From assembly GCA_964230645.1 (NCBI GenBank), contig CAXRHT010000001.1, positions 352,001 to 416,000 of the forward strand: a stretch of DNA of 64,000 nt. Direction: 5' to 3'. This document shows positions 20,263-32,471 of this stretch, piece by piece; positions within the stretch are counted from its first letter, which is position 1, and each line of letters begins with the position of its first letter. This stretch comes from Bdellovibrionales bacterium. GTDB taxonomy: Bacteria; Bdellovibrionota; Bdellovibrionia; Bdellovibrionales; JAGQZY01. The notes beneath the pieces are model-generated. The model was given only the letters and a program-made list of their open reading frames with translations. It did not search any database and was not told where the DNA came from. The translations under genes were made by a program, and so were the position numbers.

Positions 20263-20387
20263 TTTTGACAATCCACCTGACAGCAGTGAAGTAAACCGAT
20301 GATATACAAGGAATTTACACAATTTACAAAACTTCAAATCGAGGCCACCAGGACTACTTTGCGCCTCGTCATTTCCCGAGGGAGCTC

Positions 20388-22495
<2,108 letters not shown>

Positions 22496-22534
22496 AGGTT
22501 AGCCAACCTAGCGTCTTGATGGTTCTAGGACAAG

Positions 22535-22561
22535 AAAAAAGGGACCCCAAAATGGGTCCCT
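22535..22561 (-). terminator. Intrinsic terminator
   Basis: Minus strand AGGGACCCA-TTTT-GGGGTCCC followed by a T run. Confidence 0.75.
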
Positions 22562-22760
22562 CAAAGCCACTTAAATTTTATTAGCTTTTTGCACCTAGAA
22601 AACCGTTGGGACTCTTGTGGGGCAAGAATCATCTTCTAAGCACTGACAACAACAACTGACTCTTAAGGAGGTCACTTTTGAGTCTTCCTGACTATTGAGG
22701 GATCCCATCCTAGTATCCCTTTAAGCACCACCGGGATGCTTATAGATTAGATACTTGATG
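22535..22760 (-). ncRNA. Candidate structured small RNA (family unknown)
   Basis: Four hairpins (aagcatc/ggtgctt, agggat/atccct, gactc/gagtc, gattcttg/caagagtc) lie between a CCGAT element at 22768-22772 and the terminator. No long ORF. Confidence 0.35.
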
Positions 22761-22827
22761 GCAGGGCATCGGTTAGAAAAGATTAAAAAATAGACATTTT
22801 CTGGCCCTTGGGCAGGAAGAGCCCTTC

Positions 22828-22886
22828 AGAGATCAGAACTCTGAGATCCGAGCTCTGAGCTCGGGTATCTGATATCAGAGCTCTGG
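22828..22886. repeat. Degenerate heptamer tandem repeats (cagagat/cagaact/ctgagat/ccgagct/ctgagct), partly palindromic
   Basis: 7-nt periodicity visible directly downstream of tRNA-Leu. Confidence 0.55.
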
Positions 22887-22911
22887 AGTAAATGCCGGAG
22901 GCATTTACGAT

Positions 22912-22998
22912 TGGTGCGCCAGAGAGGACTTGAACCTCCACGGGGTTGCCCCCACCAGGCCCTCAACCTGGCTCGTCTACCAATTCCGACACTGGCGC
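22912..22998 (-). tRNA. tRNA-Leu (anticodon GAG)
   Basis: GCGCCAG/CTGGCGC acceptor stem, GGAATTGGTAGAC D-arm, CCAGG-TTGAGGG-CCTGG anticodon arm, long variable arm, GGTTCAAGTCC and encoded CCA. Confidence 0.97.
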
Positions 22999-23288
22999 TT
23001 CGAAAAAATAGAGGTACTTTTTAAACTTGATCGACGGACAAAGTCAAACTTTCTCGAGCTGACTTCCTCTTTCAAGTACTCACGATTGCCCCAAAGCATT
23101 AATAATATTTATTTAACTAAGAGCTCGAAAACACTCATCTGTACTTGTTTTTATCCCACAAGCCTTGGCAAGCCAGAGGGTTCACGGTTTTCAACCAATC
23201 GACTCCTTTTTAGAGACAAACCAGTAAAATTACCCCAAAGGCATCAATTATATTGACCCGTTGCTTCGTTCCGTCGAATATTAGACCC

Positions 23289-24920
23289 ATGGTCACTGCC
23301 CCTTATCCTCTGAATGAACTGGATCGACTCAAAGATCTCTATGAACTCAATATTCTGGACACTGCAGAATCCGAGGAGTTTCAACAGTACACTCGTTTGG
23401 CCTCACAAATTGCCGACTGCCCCATTGCTTTAATTAGTATCGTTGATGATAAACGACAGTGGTTTAAAGCAAAAGTTGGGATCGACGTTTGTGAAACGGG
23501 TCGCGATATCTCTTTTTGTGGCCACGCCATTGTAGAGTCCGATGATTTTTTCGAAATCTCTGACGCCACTAAAGAGGAAAGATTTCAAGATAATCCCTTA
23601 GTCATAGACACCCCAAATATTCGCTATTACGGCGGGCAGCCACTGATTACCTCAAAAGGACACAGAATTGGGACTCTTTGCGTGATCGACACAAAGGTAA
23701 AAAAATTAAATGAATCCCAAATCAAACAACTAGAAACTCTGGCTCGTATGATTATGAATCGCTTTGAGGAGCGTAAAATAATCCAGAAAACTCAAAAAGA
23801 AATACTCAAACATGATGAGTATCTCACAAGTCTTAGTCACGAAGTAAAAACTCCATTAACGAGCATCATTGGATACTCGGAAATCATTAAAGACGAGCTT
23901 ATTCAAGAAAAGCCCTCTTTAAACAATATTCGTGAGAACATTTCAATTGTCTCGCAAAGTGCTTCTCAACTCTACCAGCTAGTAAAAGACATTCTCCTTT
24001 TAGCCAAAGAGAGTAACACCACCGAAGAGATTCAATTTGAAAAACTCGATCTCTATCGTTTCCTAAGTGAGCTTAAAAAAGTTTTGGAGTTTCATCCCCA
24101 TAAAGAAGGCCTAACTTTTAAAGTGAGTCTTGAGGATGGCCTCCCCAACTTCATCACCACTCATCGCACAAGCCTCAACCAGGTTTTAATTAATCTTTTG
24201 AGCAATGCTTTTAAATACACAAACGAAGGCGAAGTGGAACTGAAAGTAAAATATCTTAAAAATAAAAACCGTGTTGATTTCCATATCAAAGATCAGGGCC
24301 AAGGGATTCCTGAGGAATACCAAAAGAACATTTTCAAACGTTTTGGAACCGATCTGCAATTAACCAATCAAGAAAGCACAGGGATTGGCCTTAGCATTGC
24401 CTCCAATAAAGCCACGGCAATGGGAGGAAAAATTGCACTTCTCTCTTCAGAAGTTGGAAAAGGCTCTCACTTTGTTTTCCGCCTCCCTTTAAGTGAAGAG
24501 GATGCCCCTACAAAAACGAAAAGAATTCCTAAGCTTAAAAAGAAGGTCACCACCCGTCGAGGCCTTGTCATTGATGATTCTAAAGAAAACCGCAACCTTG
24601 TCCGCCTAATTTTAAAAAGTATGGACGTAGAAGTAGTGGAAGCTGATTCCGTTGAAGCTGGACTCAAACAAACTAAAGAGACCACACCTGACTTTATTTT
24701 ACTTGATCATCGACTCGACGATCAAACTGGGCTTGATTTTATCGATAAAGCCGAAGAAGCCGGTCTTCTTAATGACGATACCCACGTTATTTCTTTTACG
24801 GCCTCAGAAACCTATTCTGAATCCGATCGTCTTAAGAAAAATCCCCATGTGGATGGTTTTTTGAACAAACCCTTTGTCAGGGCCGACCTTATTGAAGTGC
24901 TCAACCGAGTTTTCGAGTAG
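23289..24920 (+). CDS. Hybrid sensor histidine kinase (GAF-HisKA-HATPase-REC)
   Basis: SFCGHAI GAF motif; SHEVKTPLT H-box; NLLSNAFKY, DQGQGI and GIGL; C-terminal receiver domain. ATG 23289 preferred over TTG 23253. Confidence 0.92.
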   Translation: MVTAPYPLNELDRLKDLYELNILDTAESEEFQQYTRLASQIADCPIALISIVDDKRQWFKAKVGIDVCETGRDISFCGHAIVESDDFFEISDATKEERFQDNPLVIDTPNIRYYGGQPLITSKGHRIGTLCVIDTKVKKLNESQIKQLETLARMIMNRFEERKIIQKTQKEILKHDEYLTSLSHEVKTPLTSIIGYSEIIKDELIQEKPSLNNIRENISIVSQSASQLYQLVKDILLLAKESNTTEEIQFEKLDLYRFLSELKKVLEFHPHKEGLTFKVSLEDGLPNFITTHRTSLNQVLINLLSNAFKYTNEGEVELKVKYLKNKNRVDFHIKDQGQGIPEEYQKNIFKRFGTDLQLTNQESTGIGLSIASNKATAMGGKIALLSSEVGKGSHFVFRLPLSEEDAPTKTKRIPKLKKKVTTRRGLVIDDSKENRNLVRLILKSMDVEVVEADSVEAGLKQTKETTPDFILLDHRLDDQTGLDFIDKAEEAGLLNDDTHVISFTASETYSESDRLKKNPHVDGFLNKPFVRADLIEVLNRVFE

Positions 24921-24958
24921 AAAAACCCTTTTCTCTCAAAGGGCCGTTTCAATATATT

Positions 24959-25780
24959 TTATGAGTTTAACGAGTCACTGACTTCTTTAGTGAGCTCAAT
25001 AGAACGAGAAGCGGCCTTTAAAAGAGCCTCGCTCGTAGTACCCTCCAGATCCTTTTCTCTAAACTTTTCGACGGCCTCGATTGTGACACCTTTTTTAGAG
25101 GTCACGCGATCAATCAAGGTTTGTAATGGAGTGTCTTTTTCTTCTTCCATCAAATGAGAGGAGCCTTTAAAAAGTTGAGTCACTATCATCTCGGACTCAT
25201 CCTGGGGAAGCCCCCAACTTTGCAATTGCTGAGACATGGCCTGAGCAAATTGAAACACGTAAGCCGGGCCTGATCCTGAAACAGTGGTTACTTGATCAAA
25301 AAGCTTTTCTGAAGAAATATTAATTGTCTTTCCACAGGCTTGGAAAAAAGTTTCCACAAAAGATTTGTCCTGATCGGAAACGGCTTCGGTGTGAAGAAGC
25401 AGGCACATACCTTCGCCTACAAAACAGGGAGTGTTAGGCATCACTCGAGTGACCTTTTTGCAACCCAACTTGTCGGCCACAATCGAGGCCGGAACAGCCG
25501 CCATGATGGAGATGATGTGCTTAGAACTAAGGTCCACGCCAGCTTCACTGATCATCTTACAGAGACTCGCAAAATGCTGAGGTTTACAGGCCACCATAAC
25601 TTGATCGGCCTTTTCGATTTCTTTAAGATCTGTAATCTGGCGACCTTTAACTTTTTCAGCCAACCGAATGGCGTCTTTTTCATCGGGGGTGAAGGTAAGA
25701 AAGTCCCCTTTTTGATGTTTACGGTAATATCCTTCCACAATGGCTGTCGCCATGTTTCCACAACCTAAAACAGCTAACAT
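24959..25780 (-). CDS. proC: Pyrroline-5-carboxylate reductase
   Basis: GCGNMA, RVMPNTP, SGSGPAY, VTSKKGVT. Confidence 0.95.
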   Translation of the reverse strand: MLAVLGCGNMATAIVEGYYRKHQKGDFLTFTPDEKDAIRLAEKVKGRQITDLKEIEKADQVMVACKPQHFASLCKMISEAGVDLSSKHIISIMAAVPASIVADKLGCKKVTRVMPNTPCFVGEGMCLLLHTEAVSDQDKSFVETFFQACGKTINISSEKLFDQVTTVSGSGPAYVFQFAQAMSQQLQSWGLPQDESEMIVTQLFKGSSHLMEEEKDTPLQTLIDRVTSKKGVTIEAVEKFREKDLEGTTSEALLKAASRSIELTKEVSDSLNS

Positions 25781-25792
25781 TATAAGACTCCT

Positions 25793-27031
25793 TTATTTTC
25801 GAGTGTGACCTTCACCCACAATCACATAGCGAGTGGTTGTCATTTGCTCAGCCCCCATGGGTCCATAGGCGTGAAACTTCGTCGTAGAAATACCAAGCTC
25901 AGCACCTAGCCCTAACTGACCACCATCATTAAATCGAGTGGAAGCGTTAACGGCAATGCAGCTTGCATCCACATTAAGAAGAAATTTTTCACAATTCGAT
26001 GAGTTCTCTGAAATGATCGCTTCGGTGTGAAAGGTTCCGTATTCATTGATGTGCTCGATTGCATCATCCATGGAATCGACGGTTTTAATGGATAGAGTGT
26101 TGGAAAGATACTCTGTGGCCCAGTCGTCTGCCGTCGCGGGCTTTAAATCCTGGCCACTGGCTTTACTAAAAGCTTCGTCGGCTCGAATGTCCGTTTCTTT
26201 TTCTTTTAACTTTTCAGCAATGGGTCCTGCGAGACTGGCTAGCTTATCCTTATGAATAAGAAGTGTTTCAATTGCGTTACAAACACCTGTTCTATGAGTC
26301 TTTGCATTTAAAACGAGATCAACAGCTTTGCTGTCATCCGCTTCGCTATCAATGTACATATGGCAAAGGCCTTTAAAGTGAGCAATCACAGGCATTTTGG
26401 CATTTTTATAAACATGCTCAATCAATCTTTCGCCACCCCTAGGAATAACTACATCAATGCAGTCTTCCATTGAGAGAAGTGCATTCACCTCTTCACGACT
26501 ATCAGAGGCTAGCACCTGCACACTTTCTGCAGGAACAAATTCACTGATGGATTCTTGAATAATTTTTCCTAAGATTTCATTAGAGTGCTTTGCTTCCTTC
26601 CCGCCCTTTAAAAGAATGGCATTGGAGGATTTTAAAGCGAGAGCGGCACAATCGATAACCACATTGGGGCGAGACTCAAAAATCATTAAGATCACTCCTA
26701 ATGGGATGCGTTGTCTCTTAATGGTTAAACCCTCATCATTTTTAAACTCTTGGGAATAACCACCCACAATGTCATCTTGTTCCGCAATTTCCCGCACACC
26801 TTGCACCATCGCCTTGACGCGATCCTCATCAAGCATCAATCGATCTTTTAAGGCTTGGGAGAGATCCGACTTTTCAGCAAAATCCATATCCTTGCGGTTT
26901 TCAGTGATGACCTCCTGGGTCTTAGAATCCAAGTGATCCGCTAACTTTAACAGCATCTTTTTACGAGTTTGATTATCAAGGCCTCTTAAAACGCGAGACG
27001 CTTTTTTTGATTTTTTTGCTAATTCATACAT
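25793..27031 (-). CDS. proA: Glutamate-5-semialdehyde dehydrogenase
   Basis: FESRPNV, VCNAIET, NASTRFNDGGQLGLGAELGIST. Confidence 0.97.
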   Translation of the reverse strand: MYELAKKSKKASRVLRGLDNQTRKKMLLKLADHLDSKTQEVITENRKDMDFAEKSDLSQALKDRLMLDEDRVKAMVQGVREIAEQDDIVGGYSQEFKNDEGLTIKRQRIPLGVILMIFESRPNVVIDCAALALKSSNAILLKGGKEAKHSNEILGKIIQESISEFVPAESVQVLASDSREEVNALLSMEDCIDVVIPRGGERLIEHVYKNAKMPVIAHFKGLCHMYIDSEADDSKAVDLVLNAKTHRTGVCNAIETLLIHKDKLASLAGPIAEKLKEKETDIRADEAFSKASGQDLKPATADDWATEYLSNTLSIKTVDSMDDAIEHINEYGTFHTEAIISENSSNCEKFLLNVDASCIAVNASTRFNDGGQLGLGAELGISTTKFHAYGPMGAEQMTTTRYVIVGEGHTRK

Positions 27032-28166
27032 TGCAATACTCTCCTGTTAAAACAAAGTTTTTTGCGGTGACCACAACATCGGAAACTTTAAAACCTAGAA
27101 CAGGTTCAATTTGGTCACTGCTTAAACGTTTAATTTTCTCTATATCAGAACGATCGTACTCAGAAATTCCGGCAGCAAAAACAGCACCGTCGTGGACAAT
27201 ATCCACACAATCGCCTTTATAAAAGTCTCCTTGTGCATCGAGAATACCCGCTGGGCCTAAAGAGCCCCCCTTTTTAATGATCTCAAAAGCATTGTCACTG
27301 ACTTCGATATGGCAGTTGAGCTTTTTAGTAGAGATCAGCCAGGCCTTGTGATTCTCCGGGTTATAGTCGGAGTTCGGTCCAAAAAAGGTTCCTATCTTCT
27401 GAGTTAAGGGATCAAGAATGATACGGTCATTATCTTTAGAAGATATGATGGCTTTAATTCCAAGAGGGGTGACTTTGTTCACCGCATGCACTTTGGATTC
27501 CATCCCTCCCCTGCCGACATCGGTTTTCGCCGTCATATCGATATTGTCAAAAGTCTCACCGAAAGGAACATGGTTGATCAACTGAGCTTCTTTTTCGGCC
27601 GGGTCCATGTCAAAAAGCCCTTTGGCACTAGTAACAATCACAAGCGCATCGGCATTGATCATTTGCGCCGCAGATGCTGCTAAGTGATCGTTATCACCTA
27701 AAGTATTTTTCGTATAAGAGATTGAATCATTTTCGTTCAAAATTGGTGTGACATGATTTTTTAACAACACTTCAATCGTCTGCCTAGCATGAGAAAAACG
27801 CTGAGGGTTTCTGAAGTCATCGTGAGTCAATAAAATTTGCGAGCAAATATGATCGTGGTCTTCAAAAAGATTTGAATATTTATTGATTAGCTTTGGTTGC
27901 CCTATGGAACTTGCTGACTGTTGCAAGTCAATCCCGCCATCTTTAGGAAGCATTTTCTTTAAAAAGGCTTTGCCGACGCTGACAGCACCTGAGCTTACCA
28001 AGACGATTTCATAGCCTTGATCGGTGAGGTCGATGATGTCTTCGACGATAATTCGCATTTTTCGAAGGTCGCAACGGCCATTTTTTTTCGTGACTACGTT
28101 ACTGCCAACTTTAACAACGATTCGCTTACAATCAGAAAGTTCTGGGCGCAGTGATATTAACGACAT
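27024..28166 (-). CDS. proB: Glutamate 5-kinase (with PUA domain)
   Basis: VVKVGS, VSSGAV, NENDSI, GDNDHLAA, GGMESK. Confidence 0.96.
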   Translation of the reverse strand: MSLISLRPELSDCKRIVVKVGSNVVTKKNGRCDLRKMRIIVEDIIDLTDQGYEIVLVSSGAVSVGKAFLKKMLPKDGGIDLQQSASSIGQPKLINKYSNLFEDHDHICSQILLTHDDFRNPQRFSHARQTIEVLLKNHVTPILNENDSISYTKNTLGDNDHLAASAAQMINADALVIVTSAKGLFDMDPAEKEAQLINHVPFGETFDNIDMTAKTDVGRGGMESKVHAVNKVTPLGIKAIISSKDNDRIILDPLTQKIGTFFGPNSDYNPENHKAWLISTKKLNCHIEVSDNAFEIIKKGGSLGPAGILDAQGDFYKGDCVDIVHDGAVFAAGISEYDRSDIEKIKRLSSDQIEPVLGFKVSDVVVTAKNFVLTGEYCNV

Positions 28167-28402
28167 GAGATGAAATCGAGCTTAACAATCCGAGAACTGA
28201 AAGTCAAAAATTGGGTCGACAGACTGGGCAAATTCACAAAAGCTTAACATTTCCCACTATTAACACCTATCGCCAATTCCTTTTGCTATAGGCCTCGCCT
28301 ATGCCAAGCCTTTTACTTTATTTAAAAGCGATCATTTAGTATCTAATTGATTGTCATTCCACTCAGATACTGGAAGAATGGCGCCTTCGCGGGGACGGCT
28401 GT

Positions 28403-29320
28403 ATGACAATAGAGGACTTGATGACAACCTCCATGAATCGTCATCAACAACTAGAACAAATCATTCATTACCATTTATCAACAGGTGGCAAACAACTGCG
28501 CGCTCAACTTGTTTTATCTCAGGCCGAGCAAGTGGGACTCGATAGTCAGAAAGCAAAAACCTGGGCCAGCGTCTGTGAGCTTCTTCATAATGCTACATTG
28601 ATCCATGATGATATCCAGGACAACGACCCCATTCGCCGGGGCCAAGCCAGTGTTTGGAAAAAATATGGACTGGCGCAAGCGATCAATGCCGGAGACCTTT
28701 TAATTTTTAGAGCTTTCACTTTGGCTTCCACTCTGAATAATACTCACTTGATTACAATTCTTGCAGAAATTTCTGAAAAATTAGTACTCGGACAATCCAT
28801 GGAACTCAGTCCCTTGAGCTCCGAAATGAATGAAACTTGGAAATACTATTTAAGAATGGCTGAACACAAAACGGGAGCCCTTTTTCTACTCCCCTCCATT
28901 GGCGTTCACATTCTCTCGGAAAACTCTCCCGATGCTAACAAAGAAAAAGCTTGGCTGAGCCTTGGACTTTGTTACCAGGTCCTCGATGACTTAAAAGACT
29001 ATTACGGCCTCAAGCAACAAGGGCAAAAGCAAAAAGATCTCCATGAAAAAAGACTCAATGCCTTGACCTCACTTCTTTTTGATCAAGGCTGTGAGCCGGA
29101 TTTGAGAAATCTCTACTTTAATGGACCATTAGAAACGGAGTGTTCTTGTATTGAGTCCGTCGTTAGCAAGATTGAAAGTCAAAAAATACCCTCTCGACTC
29201 ATCCTTTGGATTCGACAGGAAATGTCAAAGATGCAAAGTGTGCAAGAGCTAGAAACGGCTCAATTACTTTTCGACCATGTCGAAAATCAACTTTTATCTA
29301 TGGAGTCTAAAAATGAATAA
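28403..29320 (+). CDS. crtE: Polyprenyl (GGPP) synthase
   Basis: GGKQLR, LIHDDIQDND..RRG, KTGALF, YQVLDDLKD; first gene of the crt operon. Confidence 0.85.
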   Translation: MTIEDLMTTSMNRHQQLEQIIHYHLSTGGKQLRAQLVLSQAEQVGLDSQKAKTWASVCELLHNATLIHDDIQDNDPIRRGQASVWKKYGLAQAINAGDLLIFRAFTLASTLNNTHLITILAEISEKLVLGQSMELSPLSSEMNETWKYYLRMAEHKTGALFLLPSIGVHILSENSPDANKEKAWLSLGLCYQVLDDLKDYYGLKQQGQKQKDLHEKRLNALTSLLFDQGCEPDLRNLYFNGPLETECSCIESVVSKIESQKIPSRLILWIRQEMSKMQSVQELETAQLLFDHVENQLLSMESKNE

Positions 29321-30803
29321 CCAAAAGAAAACAGCCATCGTCATTGGGACTGGTTTCGGTGGTCTTTCCTCTTGCTTTGAACTTTTAGCCAAAGGATACC
29401 AAGTTAAAGTTCTTGAAGCGGGCGACCAACCCGGAGGACGAGCTCGTGTCTTTAAGGAAAAGGGCTACACTTTTGACGCCGGCCCAACAGTTATTACAGC
29501 ACCCTACCTCTTTGATGACCTCTTTGAGTTGATTGGAGAAAAGCGCGAGGACTGGATTGAGTTTTTACCGATCGATCCCTTTTATCGCATACTCTTTGAT
29601 GATGGTAGTCAGTTTGATTATGTGGGAGACGAAGAAAGACTTATTGAAAACATTCGCCAACTGAATCCCGCTGATGTGGACGGCTACAAGAAGCTCGCCA
29701 AACACTCCCAAGAAATATTTGATGTTGGCTACACCAAGCTTGCCGATCAACCTTTTCACCGCTGGTCGGATATGGCAAAAGCCATTCCCGATATGATTCG
29801 CCTGCAGAACTATCGCAGCGTCTATTCCCTGGTTTCAAAATACATCAAAGATGAACGTTTACGCCAAGCTTTTAGCTTTGAACCTCTACTTGTTGGAGGA
29901 AACCCTTTTAAAATTACCTCTATATATCTTTTGATCCACTGGCTTGAGCGCAAATGGGGGGTGCATTTTGCAAAAGGAGGTACCACAGCTTTAGTCAACG
30001 CAATGGTTTCAGCTTTGGAATCAAAGAAGGTAGAATTTCATTACAATTGTCCGGTGGATTCTCTTCAAATTGAGAAAGGCAGAGTCTCAAAAGTTTACTC
30101 CTCTACTGGTGTTAGTTTTGATTGTGATCTGGTTGTTTCCAATGCCGACCCGGTTAAAGTTTACGATGAATGGATTGATCAGAAATGGCTCGGTCGCAAC
30201 CGTTCTCAAAAAGTGAGAAAAAAGAACCAGTCCATGAGTCTTTTTGTTTCCTATTTTGGAACTAAAAAAAAATTCGACAATATCGTTCACCACACTATTC
30301 TTCTGGGGCCACGCTATAAAGGGTTGCTCAACGATATTTTTGATAAGAAAAATCTAGCCGATGACTTCTCTCTTTATTTACATGCCCCTACAGTCACTGA
30401 TCAAAGCTTAGGGCCAGAGGGATCAGAGACCTTTTATGTACTATCGCCCGTACCGAACACTCTCAGTGGAGTGGATTGGGAGAGTAAAAGACAGGAGTAT
30501 CAAGACAGAATTTTTGAAAGTCTCGAGAAAAGACTCCTGCCAGGATTAAAAGAAAATTTGGATGTTTCGTTTAATATCACTCCTGACTACTTTCAAAACA
30601 CTCTGAGAAGTACCCATGGGTCCGCTTTCGGCATTGAGCCTTCTTTGCAGCAATCCGCCTATTTTCGATTTCACAATGAGTCCGATGAAGTCAAAGGGCT
30701 CTATTTTGTTGGAGCAAACACTCATCCTGGAGCCGGTGTTCCTGGAGTTATAAACTCAGCCAAGGTTTTACGTCGAATCGTGCCCTCTGTTGAGGAGTTG
30801 TAA
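29313..30803 (+). CDS. crtI: Phytoene desaturase
   Basis: IGTGFGGL, FDAGPTVITAP, LYFVGANTHPGAGVPGV; ATG 29313 overlaps the crtE end. Confidence 0.95.
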   Translation: MNNQKKTAIVIGTGFGGLSSCFELLAKGYQVKVLEAGDQPGGRARVFKEKGYTFDAGPTVITAPYLFDDLFELIGEKREDWIEFLPIDPFYRILFDDGSQFDYVGDEERLIENIRQLNPADVDGYKKLAKHSQEIFDVGYTKLADQPFHRWSDMAKAIPDMIRLQNYRSVYSLVSKYIKDERLRQAFSFEPLLVGGNPFKITSIYLLIHWLERKWGVHFAKGGTTALVNAMVSALESKKVEFHYNCPVDSLQIEKGRVSKVYSSTGVSFDCDLVVSNADPVKVYDEWIDQKWLGRNRSQKVRKKNQSMSLFVSYFGTKKKFDNIVHHTILLGPRYKGLLNDIFDKKNLADDFSLYLHAPTVTDQSLGPEGSETFYVLSPVPNTLSGVDWESKRQEYQDRIFESLEKRLLPGLKENLDVSFNITPDYFQNTLRSTHGSAFGIEPSLQQSAYFRFHNESDEVKGLYFVGANTHPGAGVPGVINSAKVLRRIVPSVEEL

Positions 30804-31721
30804 ATGAGTACGGCTTTGGAAAACTCCTGGGAAGGTGTGATGAAAAAACACGCGAAGTCTTTTTACTTGGCTTCCTTGTTTTTCCCCAAAAGCCTTATGC
30901 CTCGAGTGAAGGCCCTTTACGCTCTTTGTCGCTGGCTCGATGATGCTGTCGATGAGGCTCCAAATTCTAAAGAGGCCTCCCAGAACTTAAATAAAATTGC
31001 GGATGACTTAAGAAAGCCCGTACCCGAAATGCCCGTGAATCGTTTGTATAAGTCCAATCAGCTCGACTCGGCTTATATCGAAGACCTTATTGAAGGGGCT
31101 CGTGATGATATGAAAACGGTGCGAATCAAAGATGAGGGTGAGTTGATTCAATACTGCTACAAGGTGGCCGGCACAGTGGGACTAGCGATGTTTGACCTAT
31201 TAAAAGTCGACTCTCCCTTAGCGCGGCCCCACGCCGTCGATTTGGGTATTGGAATGCAGATTACTAATATTTGTCGAGACGTCAAAGAAGACCTTGAGCG
31301 TAATCGAGTCTATATTCCAGAGACTCTTCTCCTTAAACATGGCGCAAGTGTCGAAAACTTATTAAATGGCACTTTTGACCCCGAAGCTCTCTCGAAAGCT
31401 GTGAGTGAATTACTAGACTTGGCCGACCTTTATTATCAAAGTGCTCAAAGTGCTTACAAAAATATTCCATGGAGAGCGCGAGGCGCTATTATCATAGCAT
31501 CAAGACTCTACCAGGGAATTGGTAAAAAGCTCAGAGACAGTGGCTCTAATCCTATGCTCGGCCGCACCTACCTTACTAAAACCGAAAAACTGCTCTGCCT
31601 TTTTAAGAGCATGACGGAATGGCTGCTGTCTCCTTTAAGGAAGGGAGCCCAACTTCAACACAACCGCGATCTACATCATTCACTCAAAACATGGAGTTCC
31701 CAGCGGGGGTTTGAAGTTTGA
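30804..31721 (+). CDS. crtB: Phytoene synthase
   Basis: AKSFYLAS, CRWLDDAVD, YCYKVAGTVG, QITNICRDVKED..RNRVYIP. Confidence 0.95.
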   Translation: MSTALENSWEGVMKKHAKSFYLASLFFPKSLMPRVKALYALCRWLDDAVDEAPNSKEASQNLNKIADDLRKPVPEMPVNRLYKSNQLDSAYIEDLIEGARDDMKTVRIKDEGELIQYCYKVAGTVGLAMFDLLKVDSPLARPHAVDLGIGMQITNICRDVKEDLERNRVYIPETLLLKHGASVENLLNGTFDPEALSKAVSELLDLADLYYQSAQSAYKNIPWRARGAIIIASRLYQGIGKKLRDSGSNPMLGRTYLTKTEKLLCLFKSMTEWLLSPLRKGAQLQHNRDLHHSLKTWSSQRGFEV

Positions 31722-32470
31722 CTTACCTGGATTTTCATTTCGCGTTTACAATCCCTCTCTTTTTCCTTATGAGCCTTGTTTCTTATAAGGCACACTCTTT
31801 TCAAGACAAGAAAAAATGGTTTGGCTGCGCTCTCTTATGTGTTTTAGCCTTTGTTTATACAACTCCCTGGGACAGTTATCTTATTCGTGAAAACATCTGG
31901 AACTATAGCCCAGGCCAGGTGGTTGGCACCCTTTTTTACATTCCCTTTGAGGAGTATTTTTTCTTTTTCATACAAAGTATTATCGGATGCTTATTCACAG
32001 CCTTTTTGCTGAAACGATTTAAAAAGAATAAAAGCGATTATGATCTTCCCATCAAAGTCAGCCAACTTTTCTTAATTGCGACACTTTTCACAATTTGTGC
32101 CTTTGGTTTCTTCTTCTTAACCCCAAACAATCAATGGCGCTACCTATGGTTAATAATTTATTGGGGAGTGCCTATAGTGGGCTTGCAATGGATATTGGGG
32201 GCCCATGTACTCTTTGCAGAACGGCGGATTTTTTTAACGGCTGTAATAGTCCTTACATCCTATTTCTGGTTTGCTGACAGTGTTGCTATTAAAAAAGAAA
32301 TTTGGACCTTTCCAGAAGAAACTCTGTCAGGACTCAAACTTTTTAATGTTCTGCCCATTGAAGAAGCTCTTTTCTTCTTGCTAACAAATCTTATGGTGGT
32401 GCAAGGTTTTCTACTTTTTACTCAAGTCACCCGTGTCCCTGTGTTAAAAAAATACGAATGGAGATTCTAG
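31718..32470 (+). CDS. Membrane lycopene cyclase (fused CrtYc/Yd-type, two cyclase repeats)
   Basis: MTYLDFH..FTIP, YTTPWD, IPFEEYFFF and LPIEEALFF repeats. Confidence 0.85.
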   Translation: MTYLDFHFAFTIPLFFLMSLVSYKAHSFQDKKKWFGCALLCVLAFVYTTPWDSYLIRENIWNYSPGQVVGTLFYIPFEEYFFFFIQSIIGCLFTAFLLKRFKKNKSDYDLPIKVSQLFLIATLFTICAFGFFFLTPNNQWRYLWLIIYWGVPIVGLQWILGAHVLFAERRIFLTAVIVLTSYFWFADSVAIKKEIWTFPEETLSGLKLFNVLPIEEALFFLLTNLMVVQGFLLFTQVTRVPVLKKYEWRF

Positions 32471-32471
32471 A

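Noticed and set aside
22535..22800. preQ1 or c-di-GMP riboswitch upstream of queA
   Set aside because: I could not find the consensus elements of either by eye; kept only as an unknown ncRNA candidate.
22912..24958. Genomic island integrated at tRNA-Leu
   Set aside because: No integrase and no duplicated tRNA 3' end seen in the window.
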